A stretch of DNA of 64,000 bases from a virus (taxonomy: Duplodnaviria > Heunggongvirae > Uroviricota > Caudoviricetes). Location of the stretch: the IMG/VR virus record IMGVR_UViG_3300033463_000007, positions 159,865-223,864 of that record. One strand, written 5' to 3'. Under the pieces are notes generated by a model, which saw only the letters and a program-made list of their open reading frames with translations, made no database searches and was not told the origin of the DNA. Each line of letters opens with the position of its first letter. Position 1 is the stretch's first letter. Shown piece after piece: positions 12,026 through 21,529 of the stretch. A program made the position numbers and the translations under genes.

Positions 12026-12349
12026 ATGATTTCGAAAGAACAATTTATAGAAATAATTAATTTTACTAAGAAGAAAAATGAACAGGAAACTTCATTTTGT
12101 GATGTACTAGAAACACTAAGCCCACATGCCTATTGTGATTGTTTTTTATACAGCGAATATGAAGAAAAAGTTTTATTTCTTTTAGGTTTACTTTTAAATG
12201 ATACTTCTGACCTAATTGGTTATAAAATGTATGAATTTGATCAGTGGTCTGCAGAAGAAGCTAAACAAAGGCAGCTTCATGAAACACCAGAAGTAGCATC
12301 TTGGGAAACAGTTTATGATTATTTAATTGAACATTTACCTAAATCATAA
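12026..12349 (+). CDS. Hypothetical protein
   Basis: ORF with RBS GAGGAT. Confidence 0.3.
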   Translation: MISKEQFIEIINFTKKKNEQETSFCDVLETLSPHAYCDCFLYSEYEEKVLFLLGLLLNDTSDLIGYKMYEFDQWSAEEAKQRQLHETPEVASWETVYDYLIEHLPKS

Positions 12350-12428
12350 ATTTTAAAGAGCTCAAATAATTGCTAAATTAATAAAGAGAATAATTTTTAA
12401 TTATTCTCTTAAATTATTATTAAAGGAG

Positions 12429-13370
12429 ATGTATAGTAAATTGGCAATTACCACAGACACCTATACAGGCTGAAAAAAGTGGTCACCCACACAGGAAGAA
12501 CTTGGAAAATTCTATGAAACTTCAGAGCTTCCTTTTCAGTTATTTGAAAATGAGTATTTAATAATTTATGATGATGAAAATTTACCAACTTATTATTGTT
12601 ATGAAAAAGGTAGATTGCGGCCATTTAAAGGAGGTTCAATTAAAACAATTCATGATACCCCACCAGAAGACGAGCTTAATATTGAAACTGGTGGCTCAAA
12701 AAAACGCAAGACAAAAAAATATTCAAAAGGAAAACAGACTATAATATATCCACGTAATGATGAACAAGTATGCGCTTTTGACTTATTAAGGGATAATACA
12801 AAAACAATAAAATTATTATTAGGTGTATGAGGATCTGGTAAAGATTTGCTGATGGCAAATTCAGCACTAGAGGCCTTACGGCTTGGAAAATACGAAAAAA
12901 TTATTTGGTTAAGGAATAATGTAAGAACAAAAGATACACCGGATTTGGGTGCCCTTCCTGGTGAAGTTTGAGATAAATTGTGTGCTTATGTAGGTCCATT
13001 TATTGACTCAGTTGGGGAAGATTCTGTAAAGACTATGTTACAAAAAGGTACATTAAAAGTTGAACCTTTACAGTCTATCAGAGGACGTAATTTCAGTGAT
13101 AGTATAATTATTTGTTCTGAAGCTGAAAATTTAACTTATGATCATTTAAAATTAATTGTTGCTAGAGCAGCTGAAAATAGCTGCATTATGATAAACGGTG
13201 ATCTTCGCCAACGTGATTTATCTATTTTTGAAAGGTCACAAGGCTTAGAAAAATTTATAGAGTGCTTAAAAGGCGAGCCTTTATTTGGTTATGTTTATTT
13301 ACCGAAAACAGAACGTAGCGCAACAGCAAGATTAGCCGATAAATTAGATGCCTTTGAATTTAAAGATTAA
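12429..13370 (+). CDS. phoH: PhoH-like ATPase
   Basis: RBS AAAGGAG + ATG 12429; ORFs 12615..12830 and 12978..13370 same frame joined by two TGA (GV-W-GSGKD Walker A, GEV-W-DKL); C-terminal MINGDLRQRDL PhoH motif. Confidence 0.6.
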
Positions 13371-13383
13371 GGGGGAATTGTAG

Positions 13384-14091
13384 ATGAGTTTAGTAATCGC
13401 AATTCGAGATAAGGATAGAATCGTATTAGGGTCAGATAAACAAAGTTCATATGGTGTTAACAAACAGCATGATGCAACTAAAATTTGGGAGTCTGTAGAC
13501 ATTCCAGGTGCTCTTATTGGTGGAGTTGGAATGATGCGTGCTAGTCAAATTATTCAATATAATAAAATTGTTGATTTAAATGAATTATCTGATACTGGTT
13601 TAACTACTGAATTCATTATTAATTCTGTTGTTCCTGGCATTGTTTCCCAACTACAATCACATGGTGTATTTTGTGGCCAAATTGAAGAAAAAGATGTTGG
13701 TAGTAGTATTATGATCCCAAACACTTTTATATTTGCTTTTGAGGACCGGGCTTGGATAATTTCACCAGATTTAAGTGTGTCAGAACTTGGTGATTATTTA
13801 GCTATTGGCTCAGGGTCGGACGTAGCTAATGGCGCTTTATATGCTACTCCAGATAAAAATCCGTTCGAACGGATAGTAACAAGTATAAAAGCCGCCGCGG
13901 AAACAACTTTATTTGTTGATGATGAAATTGATTTTCTAGTTACAAAACCATATGCAAAAGATGAACAAGCACTTAAAAAAGCTATGGGAGTATTTGAGCA
14001 AGCTGAATTAACTATAGAAAATTCAGAGCCTGAAAAGCCAAAAGAAGAAGCAAAGACAAAGAAAAAATCAAAAGCTAAAAAGAAAAAATAA
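13384..14091 (+). CDS. HslV / proteasome beta-subunit-like Ntn hydrolase with lysine-rich C-terminal tail
   Basis: MSLVIAIRDKDRIVLGSDKQSS and YLAIGSGSDVANGALYA align with HslV TTIVSVRR...GDGQ and LIAIGSGGPYAQAAARA; Ser2 as putative nucleophile. Confidence 0.55.
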   Translation: MSLVIAIRDKDRIVLGSDKQSSYGVNKQHDATKIWESVDIPGALIGGVGMMRASQIIQYNKIVDLNELSDTGLTTEFIINSVVPGIVSQLQSHGVFCGQIEEKDVGSSIMIPNTFIFAFEDRAWIISPDLSVSELGDYLAIGSGSDVANGALYATPDKNPFERIVTSIKAAAETTLFVDDEIDFLVTKPYAKDEQALKKAMGVFEQAELTIENSEPEKPKEEAKTKKKSKAKKKK

Positions 14092-14101
14092 TAATTAATT
14101 A

Positions 14102-14144
14102 AAAGACCTAATTTTTAGGTCTTTTATTGTATTATATAATATAA
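14102..14144 (+). promoter_or_regulatory. Terminator-promoter cassette
   Basis: AAAGACCTAATTTTTAGGTCTTT hairpin then TTATTGTATTATATAATATA. Confidence 0.5.
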
Positions 14145-14166
14145 ATTTATTTTTAGGAGTTTATCT

Positions 14167-14691
14167 ATGAAATTTGTTATAAAAGAAAAAACACCAGCAG
14201 AAAATAAGGCTTTATGTGAAAAATATCCTTTTCTTACTTGGCGTGGAGATCCGTTATATGTTGGAAGTTATTCAAAAGATAGAGAGCCAGATTATAAATA
14301 TACATGGGAAGATGAAATGCCAGATGGCTGGCGAAAAGCTTTTTGTCCACGAATTTGGGATGAGCTTAAAGCTATTCTTGAAAAAGCTGACTTTGTAAAT
14401 GAGTTTGAATTTATGCAAATAAAGGAAAAGTTTGGTACTTTAAGACTCTATTATTGTGGTATACCTGCTGAAATAAGTAAAGAGCTTTCAGATTGGGAAG
14501 ATAAATATGATAAACTTTCTGAACAAACTTGTATTATTTGTGGAGAACCTGCCACACAAATGACTACAGGGTGGATTACATATGTTTGTGATGATTGTGC
14601 AAAAGAAATGGGTGGTAGAACAATTCCAATTAAAGATTTAGATGAGTATTATGATAATCCTAAAAAATACTGAGAAACACATACAAATTAA
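14167..14691 (+). CDS. Hypothetical Cys-rich protein
   Basis: ORF extended through terminal TGA to TAA at 14689. Confidence 0.35.
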
Positions 14692-14700
14692 TATAAAATT

Positions 14701-14717
14701 TATTGTATAATATATTG
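14701..14717 (+). promoter_or_regulatory. Extended -10 promoter (TTGTATAATATA) driving the intron-containing suppressor tRNA
   Basis: TGnTATAAT extended -10 consensus; same motif recurs upstream of >12 genes. Confidence 0.5.
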
Positions 14718-14811
14718 TCGGATAATTAATCCGACTATTGTCCTCCTTTCTATAGAAGTTCATATCGTCGCAGTTATGATTAAATAGTTTGCGCTAGACT
14801 AGCTTCATTTT

Positions 14812-15175
14812 GGAAGAATCGTTAAACGGTATGACCGCGGTCTTTAAAAGTAAATAGTAGCTAACTACTTATGGAGCACTTAATTAGAAATAATTAATGT
14901 GAATGTGGGCTAATTCGGTAAAGGTTAGAGAATGCCGAGCTAAATTGAATAAACAGGTGCTACGAGAACCGGATTAAGATCTTATGAAAGCTTATTAGGC
15001 ATCCTAGAGTGCTGTAGTTAAATGGTGTTAGATGAACAGCCTGTTATTTATAAATGTGTAGAGAACATATACCCACAACCTACGTCTTTATAAGATAAGG
15101 TTAAGACATGTTCCAATAAGATTAAATTCTTATGCAAAACCGCTTTTCTGGGTTCGAATCCTAGTTCTTCCGCCA
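14812..15175 (+). tRNA. Intron-containing suppressor tRNA-Trp(UCA): 5' exon 14812-14844, intron 14845-15134, 3' exon 15135-15172 plus encoded CCA
   Basis: Acceptor GGAAGAA/TTCTTCC perfectly paired across 360 nt; D-arm GTTA-AACGGTA-TGAC; anticodon stem GCGGT/ACCGC; splice positions fixed by U at exon end and G at intron end; spliced loop CUUCAAA (E. coli tRNA-Trp is CUCCAAA); T-arm CTGGG-TTCGAAT-CCTAG; discriminator G73 (Trp identity). Confidence 0.6.
14845..15134 (+). ncRNA. Group I-like intron (290 nt, no ORF) in anticodon loop of tRNA-Trp(UCA), inserted between nt 34 and 35
   Basis: Contains P-like GCTAATTCGGTAAAGG and Q-like AATGCCGAGC and S-like AAGATAAGGTT elements; insertion site identical to cyanobacterial tRNA-Leu(UAA) group I introns. 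Confidence 0.45.
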
Positions 15176-15212
15176 AAAGGAACTTTATTTAATATAAAGT
15201 TCCTTTTTATTT
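15176..15212 (+). terminator. Rho-independent terminator after tRNA
   Basis: AAAGGAACTTTATTTAATATAAAGTTCCTTTTT hairpin plus T-run. Confidence 0.6.
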
Positions 15213-15281
15213 ATCTTATTTTGTTTGCAATATAATTTGCTAAACTAATATGCAAGCAATTATTTAAAGGAGAAATTTATT

Positions 15282-15797
15282 ATGGAAATTTTATATTGTA
15301 AATATTGCGGTAAAGAATGTAAAAATAAAAATAGTTTAGCTCAGCATGAACTTAGATGCTCTTACAATCCAAATAGGCTAAAATATTCTACCTGGAATAA
15401 AGGAAAAACAAAAGAAGTTGATGCACGATTAGTTAGAAAAGTTACAGATGGTTTTAGTAAAGTTGGATGGCGTCATTATCAACAGTATCTTGCAGATAAT
15501 TCTATTGCTTGGGGGCAACAGAATATGCAGTGTTATAAAAAATATTTTTTAGAGGAACAACATCATTGTTGTGCTATTTGTGGCTGCTCCGATTTATGGC
15601 AAGATAAGCTATTAGTGTTTATTCTTGATCATATAGATGGTAATGCTGATAATAATAATCGTGAAAATTTACGTCTAATATGTCCTAACTGTGATTCTCA
15701 GTTAGATACTTTTAAATCTAAGAATAAAAAATCTGCACGAGCAAAACATAGAAATATAAAAGTAGTAACTGAGGAACAATATAAAGAATTATTTTAA
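15282..15797 (+). CDS. HNH homing endonuclease (zinc-finger + HNH)
   Basis: CKYCGKEC zinc finger; HHCCAICG...LDHIDGNADNNNRENLRLICPNCDSQL HNH motif; no TGA. Confidence 0.65.
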   Translation: MEILYCKYCGKECKNKNSLAQHELRCSYNPNRLKYSTWNKGKTKEVDARLVRKVTDGFSKVGWRHYQQYLADNSIAWGQQNMQCYKKYFLEEQHHCCAICGCSDLWQDKLLVFILDHIDGNADNNNRENLRLICPNCDSQLDTFKSKNKKSARAKHRNIKVVTEEQYKELF

Positions 15798-15861
15798 AAT
15801 TGTTCTAATATTACAGTAAATATTGTATAATAATATGTATAAAATTATTATGAGGTAAATT

Positions 15862-16443
15862 ATGGCAAAAGATCCATTAAAAACAGTTGGAGCAAGTAAT
15901 CTTTCTGACAAAGAACGAGCTAAAAATGATTATTATGCTACTGATCCTAAAACAACAAAGGCTTTTTTAGCTACATACCCATTAGATAAGACTAAGCTTA
16001 TCTGGGATCCAGGTAGTGGACATAATTTAATTATTAATGTTTTACAGGAGTATGGTTATAAAACATGGTCAACTGATTTATATAATTATGGTTATCAAGA
16101 TAATATTTTTGATTTTTTAACATATTCAAAAAAATTTGAAGGAATAATTTTTGGAAATCCCCCATATAAATTAGCTAATGAATTTGTAAAACACGCATTA
16201 GAAATAGTTACACCTGGAAGCCAAGTTATTTTTTTATTGCGTACGCTTTTTCTTGAGGGCCAGAAAAGATATAATGACATATTTAAACAAAAAAATTTAA
16301 AATTTGTTTTTGTATTTATAAATCGACAAGTATGTAGTACTAAAGATGATTTTACTGAAGGTAGTGCTATTTCATATAGTTTTTTTGTATTTGAAAAAGG
16401 TTTTATAGGAGAACCCACCATAAAATGGTTAGCTACAAATTAA
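15862..16443 (+). CDS. DNA N6-adenine (or N4-cytosine) methyltransferase
   Basis: IWDPGSGHN (motif I) and IIFGNPPY (motif IV NPPY). Confidence 0.6.
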   Translation: MAKDPLKTVGASNLSDKERAKNDYYATDPKTTKAFLATYPLDKTKLIWDPGSGHNLIINVLQEYGYKTWSTDLYNYGYQDNIFDFLTYSKKFEGIIFGNPPYKLANEFVKHALEIVTPGSQVIFLLRTLFLEGQKRYNDIFKQKNLKFVFVFINRQVCSTKDDFTEGSAISYSFFVFEKGFIGEPTIKWLATN

Positions 16444-16640
16444 AATATAGTGGTTATTGTATTATAAACTATACTACACAACAAATATTTTATGGTAAAA
16501 ACTTTGTAGAATTATCACAAACATCTGGTATTGCTGTTGCAGTAATTCAAAGAAATATAAAATTAAATAGAAAAGTAAAAAATATAGGTTATTATAAGTT
16601 GGATATTAATGGTATGCCAATAATAAAGGAGGTGATTTAA
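16425..16640 (+). CDS. Small hypothetical protein, possible HTH
   Basis: 71-aa ORF overlapping MTase 3' end; ELSQTSGIAVAVIQRNIKLNR helix-turn-helix-like. Confidence 0.25.
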   Translation: MVSYKLKYSGYCIINYTTQQIFYGKNFVELSQTSGIAVAVIQRNIKLNRKVKNIGYYKLDINGMPIIKEVI

Positions 16641-16641
16641 T

Positions 16642-17133
16642 ATGAAAGTGTTTATCATTAGTGATACACACTTTGGTTAAGGCCATACTAACATAATTAA
16701 ATATTGTAATAGGCCTTTTCAAACTACTCAAGAAATGGATGAAGTGATGATTAAAAATTGAAATGAAACAGTTTCTAATAAAGATACTATAATTCATCTT
16801 GGAGATGTTGGACTTAGTTCAAAAACATACATTTCTAGTATTGTTAAAAGATTACATGGTAATAAAATTCTTATTATGGGAAATCATGATAATTGGTCAG
16901 AGCAGGCCTATAGAGATATGGGATTTTCTACTGTAAGTAAATTTCCTATTTTATATAATAATTTTTATTTACTAAGTCATGAGCCCCTACAGTTAAGTGA
17001 AACGACTCCTTATTTTAATTGTTATGGACATGTTCATAATGATGAAAAATATCATGATATGGCTACAAGTAAATGTTTTTGTGTTGAAAGAACCGGCTAT
17101 AGGCCCGTACTATTATTTGAAAAAAATTAAGAG
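16642..17133 (+). pseudogene. Metallophosphoesterase (YfcE-like) interrupted by in-frame TAA at codon 13 (16678-16680), plus one TGA=Trp
   Basis: MKVFIISDTHFG-TAA-GHTNIIKYCNRPFQ...IHLGDVG...MGNHD...GHVH: all metal-binding motifs present and in one frame; the stop sits inside the conserved DTHFGH motif. Confidence 0.5.
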
Positions 17134-17141
17134 ATAAAATT

Positions 17142-18131
17142 ATGCAAAGAATGTTATCAGGAATAAAACCTACCGGAACTCCTACTTTAGGAACTTATTT
17201 AGGTGCAATTTTACCCTTTATAAGATACCAAAATGAATATGAGCTATTTATTTTTATTGCAGATTTACATGCCTTAACAACTTGTCAAAATGCTAAAGAA
17301 TTAAGAGATAATATTAATTTATTAGCTAAGATTTATCTAGCTGCTGGATTAGATTGTGGACAAAATAAAACTGTATTATTTAAGCAATCTGATGTATTAC
17401 AACATAGTCAGTTAAATTGGATTTTAAGTAATTATACACTAATGAGTGATCTTGAAATGATGACTCAATATAAACAAAAATGTCAGCAACTTGCAGCTAG
17501 ACAAGGAGTTAATGTATCTTTATTTACTTATCCTGTTTTAATGGCTGCAGATATTTTACTTTATAATACAGATTTAGTGCCTTGTGGTCAAGATCAAAAA
17601 CAACATATAGAATTAACACACGAGCTTGCCCGAAAATTTAACTCTATGTATGGTGAAACTTTTAAACTACCAAAGCCATATATAACCAAAACCGGCGCTA
17701 AAATAATGAGTTTATCTGACCCGACTAAAAAAATGAGTAAATCAGAGTCAGATAAAGGAACAATTTATTTAACTGATACTAAGGAAGTTATTTTTAATAA
17801 ATTTAAAAAAGCTGTCACTGATAGTGAAGGAAAAATTTATTATAATCCAGAAACTAAGCCTGGAATAAGCAATTTACTTACTATTTATGCTGCAATAAAA
17901 GATATTTCTATTCAAGAAGCTGAAAATATATTTAAAGATGAAAAAGATTACGGTAAATTTAAAAATGAAGTAGCTCAGATAGTTTGGCAATATTTAGATA
18001 CATTACAGTATAATATAAAACAAATTTCTGATAAACAAATATTTTTAACATTAGATGATGGTCAAAAACAGGCAGCTAAAATTGCATCAGAAACTCTATC
18101 CAAAGTATACAAAAAGGTGGGATTAAGATAA
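17142..18131 (+). CDS. trpS: Tryptophanyl-tRNA synthetase
   Basis: Class I aaRS: N-terminal MLSGIKPTGTPTLGTYLGAI, KMSKS motif KKMSKSESDKG; 329 aa; no TGA codons. Confidence 0.85.
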   Translation: MQRMLSGIKPTGTPTLGTYLGAILPFIRYQNEYELFIFIADLHALTTCQNAKELRDNINLLAKIYLAAGLDCGQNKTVLFKQSDVLQHSQLNWILSNYTLMSDLEMMTQYKQKCQQLAARQGVNVSLFTYPVLMAADILLYNTDLVPCGQDQKQHIELTHELARKFNSMYGETFKLPKPYITKTGAKIMSLSDPTKKMSKSESDKGTIYLTDTKEVIFNKFKKAVTDSEGKIYYNPETKPGISNLLTIYAAIKDISIQEAENIFKDEKDYGKFKNEVAQIVWQYLDTLQYNIKQISDKQIFLTLDDGQKQAAKIASETLSKVYKKVGLR

Positions 18132-18134
18132 AAT

Positions 18135-19196
18135 ATGTTTGATAGGCTTGAAAGTATATTAAATAAATATGATGAGCTTTCAATGAAATTAAGTTCTTCA
18201 GAAATTATTTCAAGTAATTTATATCAGCAATATAGTAAAGAGTTAGCAGATATTCAAGAAATTGTTGATACTTATTCTGCTTATAAAGACGCACAGGATT
18301 ATTTAGAACTACTTAAAGAAGATGAAGCTAAAAATACTGATTTGGAATTAAAAGTACTATATAATAGTGAAATTAAAGAAACTCAAAGTAAATTATCAGA
18401 GCTAGAAAATAATTTAAAATTATTATTATTGCCAGCTAACAAGGATGATTCCAAAAATATTATTATGGAAATTCGTGCAGGAGTTGGCGGAGATGAAGCA
18501 GCTATTTTTGCAGCAGATCTTTTTAATATGTATTTAAAATATACACAAAAACAAGGTTGGAATGTTTCAGTTAGTAGCTATACTGAAGGTGTTCTAGGTG
18601 GTTTTAAGGAAATTATCTTAAGTATTTCTGGTAAAAACGTTTATCAAAAATTAAAATATGAAGGTGGAGTACATCGGGTACAACGAGTACCAGAAACTGA
18701 GGCTAGAGGCAGAATTCATACATCAACAGCAACAGTTGCAGTACTTCCAGAAAGAACAGAAACAGAAGTTATAATTGATCCAAAAGATATTACTATTGGT
18801 TTATTTCATTCCGGTGGGGCTGGTGGTCAAAATGTAAACAAAGTTGAAACAGGTGTACGTATAACACATATTCCTACCGGAATGGTAGTTGCTTGTCAAG
18901 AAGAGCGGTCACAGCTACAAAACAAAGAACGTGCTTTTGAAATATTGCGCGCAAAGTTATGGGATTATTATAATACTCAAAATATTAATTCTGAAATAAA
19001 CCAACGAAATAGTATGATTGGTACTGGTGATAGATCAGAAAAAATTCGAACTTATAATTTTCCGCAGCATCGTATAACCGACCATAGAATTAATTATACT
19101 ACTTATAATATAGAAGAAGTATTACAAGGTAATTTAGATGATTTAATTGAACATTTACAAATTGCAGAAAATGCAAAATTGTTAATTAATCAATAA
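18135..19196 (+). CDS. prfA: Peptide chain release factor 1
   Basis: GGQ motif (SGGAGGQNVNKVETGVRITHIPTG), PxT-type tripeptide region RVPETEARGRIHTSTATVAVLPE, C-terminal HRINYT; 353 aa; no TGA codons. Confidence 0.85.
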   Translation: MFDRLESILNKYDELSMKLSSSEIISSNLYQQYSKELADIQEIVDTYSAYKDAQDYLELLKEDEAKNTDLELKVLYNSEIKETQSKLSELENNLKLLLLPANKDDSKNIIMEIRAGVGGDEAAIFAADLFNMYLKYTQKQGWNVSVSSYTEGVLGGFKEIILSISGKNVYQKLKYEGGVHRVQRVPETEARGRIHTSTATVAVLPERTETEVIIDPKDITIGLFHSGGAGGQNVNKVETGVRITHIPTGMVVACQEERSQLQNKERAFEILRAKLWDYYNTQNINSEINQRNSMIGTGDRSEKIRTYNFPQHRITDHRINYTTYNIEEVLQGNLDDLIEHLQIAENAKLLINQ

Positions 19197-19232
19197 GATT
19201 AAAAGAGCCTGTTTTAGCCAGGCTCTTTTTTA
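19197..19232 (+). terminator. Rho-independent terminator after prfA
   Basis: AAAAGAGCCTGTTTTAGCCAGGCTCTTTTTTAT hairpin, followed by TTTGCTAAATTATATAG motif. Confidence 0.6.
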
Positions 19233-19269
19233 TTTGCTAAATTATATAGTAAATATGGAGGATTTTATT

Positions 19270-20127
19270 ATGTTAAAATTTAAAGTACCAAAGCAACAAG
19301 ATTTAGATTTAGATCAGTTGATTTTTGATAGAATTACTTTTGGCAATACACAACCATCACCAAAAGATGATCGAGATTATATTGCGCAAGCTAAAGATTG
19401 ATCTAAAATAAAATTTCCAAAAGAATATAGAGCACCAAAAACAGAAGTTTTAAATCAAGAAAATTATGGGTCTTGCGTAGCTCATTCTTGCGCCACCGCT
19501 TTAGCCCAAGGAGAACAACTTATTTCAAATACCCACAATAATTATTCTCGCGGTTATATTTATGGTAATAGAAAATCAACTGACTTGCAAACTGAGGGTA
19601 TGATTGTTAGGCAGGCATTAAAGCAACTACATAATTGTGGAGATGTTCTATATGATGATTTTCCATATAATAAAACTTATCCTATGGTAAAAGCTTTAAT
19701 TGATATTGATAGAGAATATTTAGCAAATAAAGCAAAGCAGTATACTATTTTTGATTTTTATAGGTGTTGTGATGAAAATCAGTTAAAAGATGCTATTATA
19801 TCCTCCGGTGCAGTTATAATTGTAGTTCCTGTTTATAGTGATTTTGCCCGTGATTTACATAAAACTCAATCATGGGAACTCCGAGGCTATCATGCAATGG
19901 CTTTAGTTGGTTGAACTGCTGATAAATGAATTGTACAGAATTCTTGAGGCTTAGAATGGGGTTATGATGGTTGTTTATTAATGGATATGGATTATCCCAT
20001 AATTGAAAGCTGAGGCATAACCGTTAATAAGGAACTTAAAAAGTCACTTTGATATAGAATAAAAACAATTTTTAAACAATTTTGAAATTGAATTAAATAT
20101 ATCTGAAATAAAATATTTAAAAAATAA
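19270..20127 (+). CDS. Papain-like (C1) cysteine peptidase, paralog of 135..1187
   Basis: NYGSCVAHSCATALAQ Cys motif, GYHAMALVG-W-TADK-W-IVQNS-W-GLE-W-GYDG with W=TGA; ORF continuous only under TGA=Trp. Confidence 0.6.
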
Positions 20128-20216
20128 TTTGCTAAATTAATTAGTAATGCAGTAACTGTAAAAAATCTATTATTAGCTGCATTAGTTTAATAATTAGAGG
20201 AGAGATTTAGAAATAA

Positions 20217-20663
20217 ATGGATACTTGATTAGTAACTATAATTTCATTAATCGGGAGCACTGCATTATCAACAATAGTTGGCTTAATTATAAAAAACAGC
20301 GTCTCTAAAAAAATGGATGAACAAAAAGAATTACTTGAACTTCGTGAATCTAAAGGGCATCAAGAGCGTAAGCAAGAAATGACAGAAATTATAAAAGCTG
20401 AGTTATTACCCGTTACACAGCAGCTTGATTCATTATCAGAAGCAATAAAAAAGAATAATGCCGGTACTGTTACATTATTAAGAGAGAGCTTAAAGCAATC
20501 CAGAGATCATTTAATGGAAAAAGGAGTTGCCACTGCCTCTGAAGTTGCAAGTTGACATGAACTATATAATACTTATGCAAAGCTAGGCGGAAATAATTTT
20601 AAAGATTATGTTGATGCTTGAAAAGATGATGTAGATGGGCTACCAAGAGAAAAAAGTAAATAA
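20217..20663 (+). CDS. N-terminal transmembrane protein with charged coiled C-terminus (holin-like / lysis accessory)
   Basis: MDT-W-LVTIISLIGSTALSTIVGLII TM segment; three TGA=W; preceded by TTTGCTAAATTAATTAG motif. Confidence 0.35.
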
Positions 20664-20692
20664 AATTTTTAAATATGGTAAAGGAGTAATGT

Positions 20693-21073
20693 ATGGAAAA
20701 ATTTAGTTTAATTTGTGATTTAGTTATTGCTATTATTGGGGTAATTCCAACAATTATTTCATTAATTTATTTAGTTAGAAATATTATAAAAAATAAAAAT
20801 TGGAATATGATCATGAAAATGGCAATGGAAGCAATGACTGCTGTAGAAGCTTATGCTATTGCTAATCCTAACATGACATCTGAGGATAAACTTAATATGG
20901 CATTAGAGGCTATCAAGAAAGCCTGTGGATCTGCTGGAATTACAGTAGATGATATTCTTATTAAACAAATTATTGATTATATTTCTGAAATGTGCAGCTG
21001 GGCAAAAACTGTTAATACAAATGTAGAAGTAGTTGAAGTTAAAACTGTTATGCTTGCAGCAAAAACAAAGTAA
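20693..21073 (+). CDS. Holin-like protein (LL-H type architecture)
   Basis: N-terminal TM LICDLVIAIIGVIPTIISLIYLV followed by amphipathic helices. Confidence 0.4.
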   Translation: MEKFSLICDLVIAIIGVIPTIISLIYLVRNIIKNKNWNMIMKMAMEAMTAVEAYAIANPNMTSEDKLNMALEAIKKACGSAGITVDDILIKQIIDYISEMCSWAKTVNTNVEVVEVKTVMLAAKTK

Positions 21074-21095
21074 TTTAACAGGAGGATTTATTTAA

Positions 21096-21461
21096 GTGTT
21101 TTATATTGCAGATAATGGAATTATTAAGCTGCATGCTGGTGATTCTGGAAATTTTCATTTTCAAATCAATATTGGTTCCACAATAAATCCTCAACCTTAT
21201 GCATTACAAGCAAATGATAAAATTTATTTTTCAGTAATGGAACCAAACCAGCCTTTTGAGCTTGGTGTTTTAAGAAAAATTTTAACAGTTGATGATTTAA
21301 TTGATGAAACAACAATTAATATTCAATTTATAACAGAAGACACTGAAAGGTTAATTCCTGGAATTTATTATTATGAAATGAAATTAGTGCTTATAGATAA
21401 TGAAGAAAATACTCATTATTACACTATTTGCCCAAAAACTAAATTTTATATTCTTGATTAA
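21096..21461 (+). CDS. Hypothetical protein
   Basis: ORF with RBS AGGAGGA. Confidence 0.3.
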   Translation: MFYIADNGIIKLHAGDSGNFHFQINIGSTINPQPYALQANDKIYFSVMEPNQPFELGVLRKILTVDDLIDETTINIQFITEDTERLIPGIYYYEMKLVLIDNEENTHYYTICPKTKFYILD

Positions 21462-21529
21462 AAATAGTTTATTTAAAAATTAATAGCCCTCTCCACTTTA
21501 GGGGGCTTTTTTATTCGGAGAGATACTTT

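Noticed and set aside
14812-15175. Initially read as a ~365-nt tmRNA. It has a tRNA-like 3' end, and an AAAUAGUAGCUAAC stretch resembling the E. coli tmRNA resume context.
   Set aside because: The acceptor pair 3:70 is A:U, not the G:U needed for Ala charging. Both halves of a normal anticodon stem (GCGGT/ACCGC) and a D-arm are present, so it is an intron-split tRNA. A bona fide tmRNA with G3:U70 and an -AAA tag is at 49776-50181.
696-16797. Minus-strand and off-frame ORFs from the six-frame track (for example 696..893 -, 712..897 +, 1554..1841 -, 4376..4570 +, 7397..7684 -, 14216..14398 +, 16095..16421 -, 16606..16797 -).
   Set aside because: They lie entirely inside longer + strand genes that have homology or motif support under TGA=Trp. 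They are low-complexity products of AT-rich sequence and lack RBSs.
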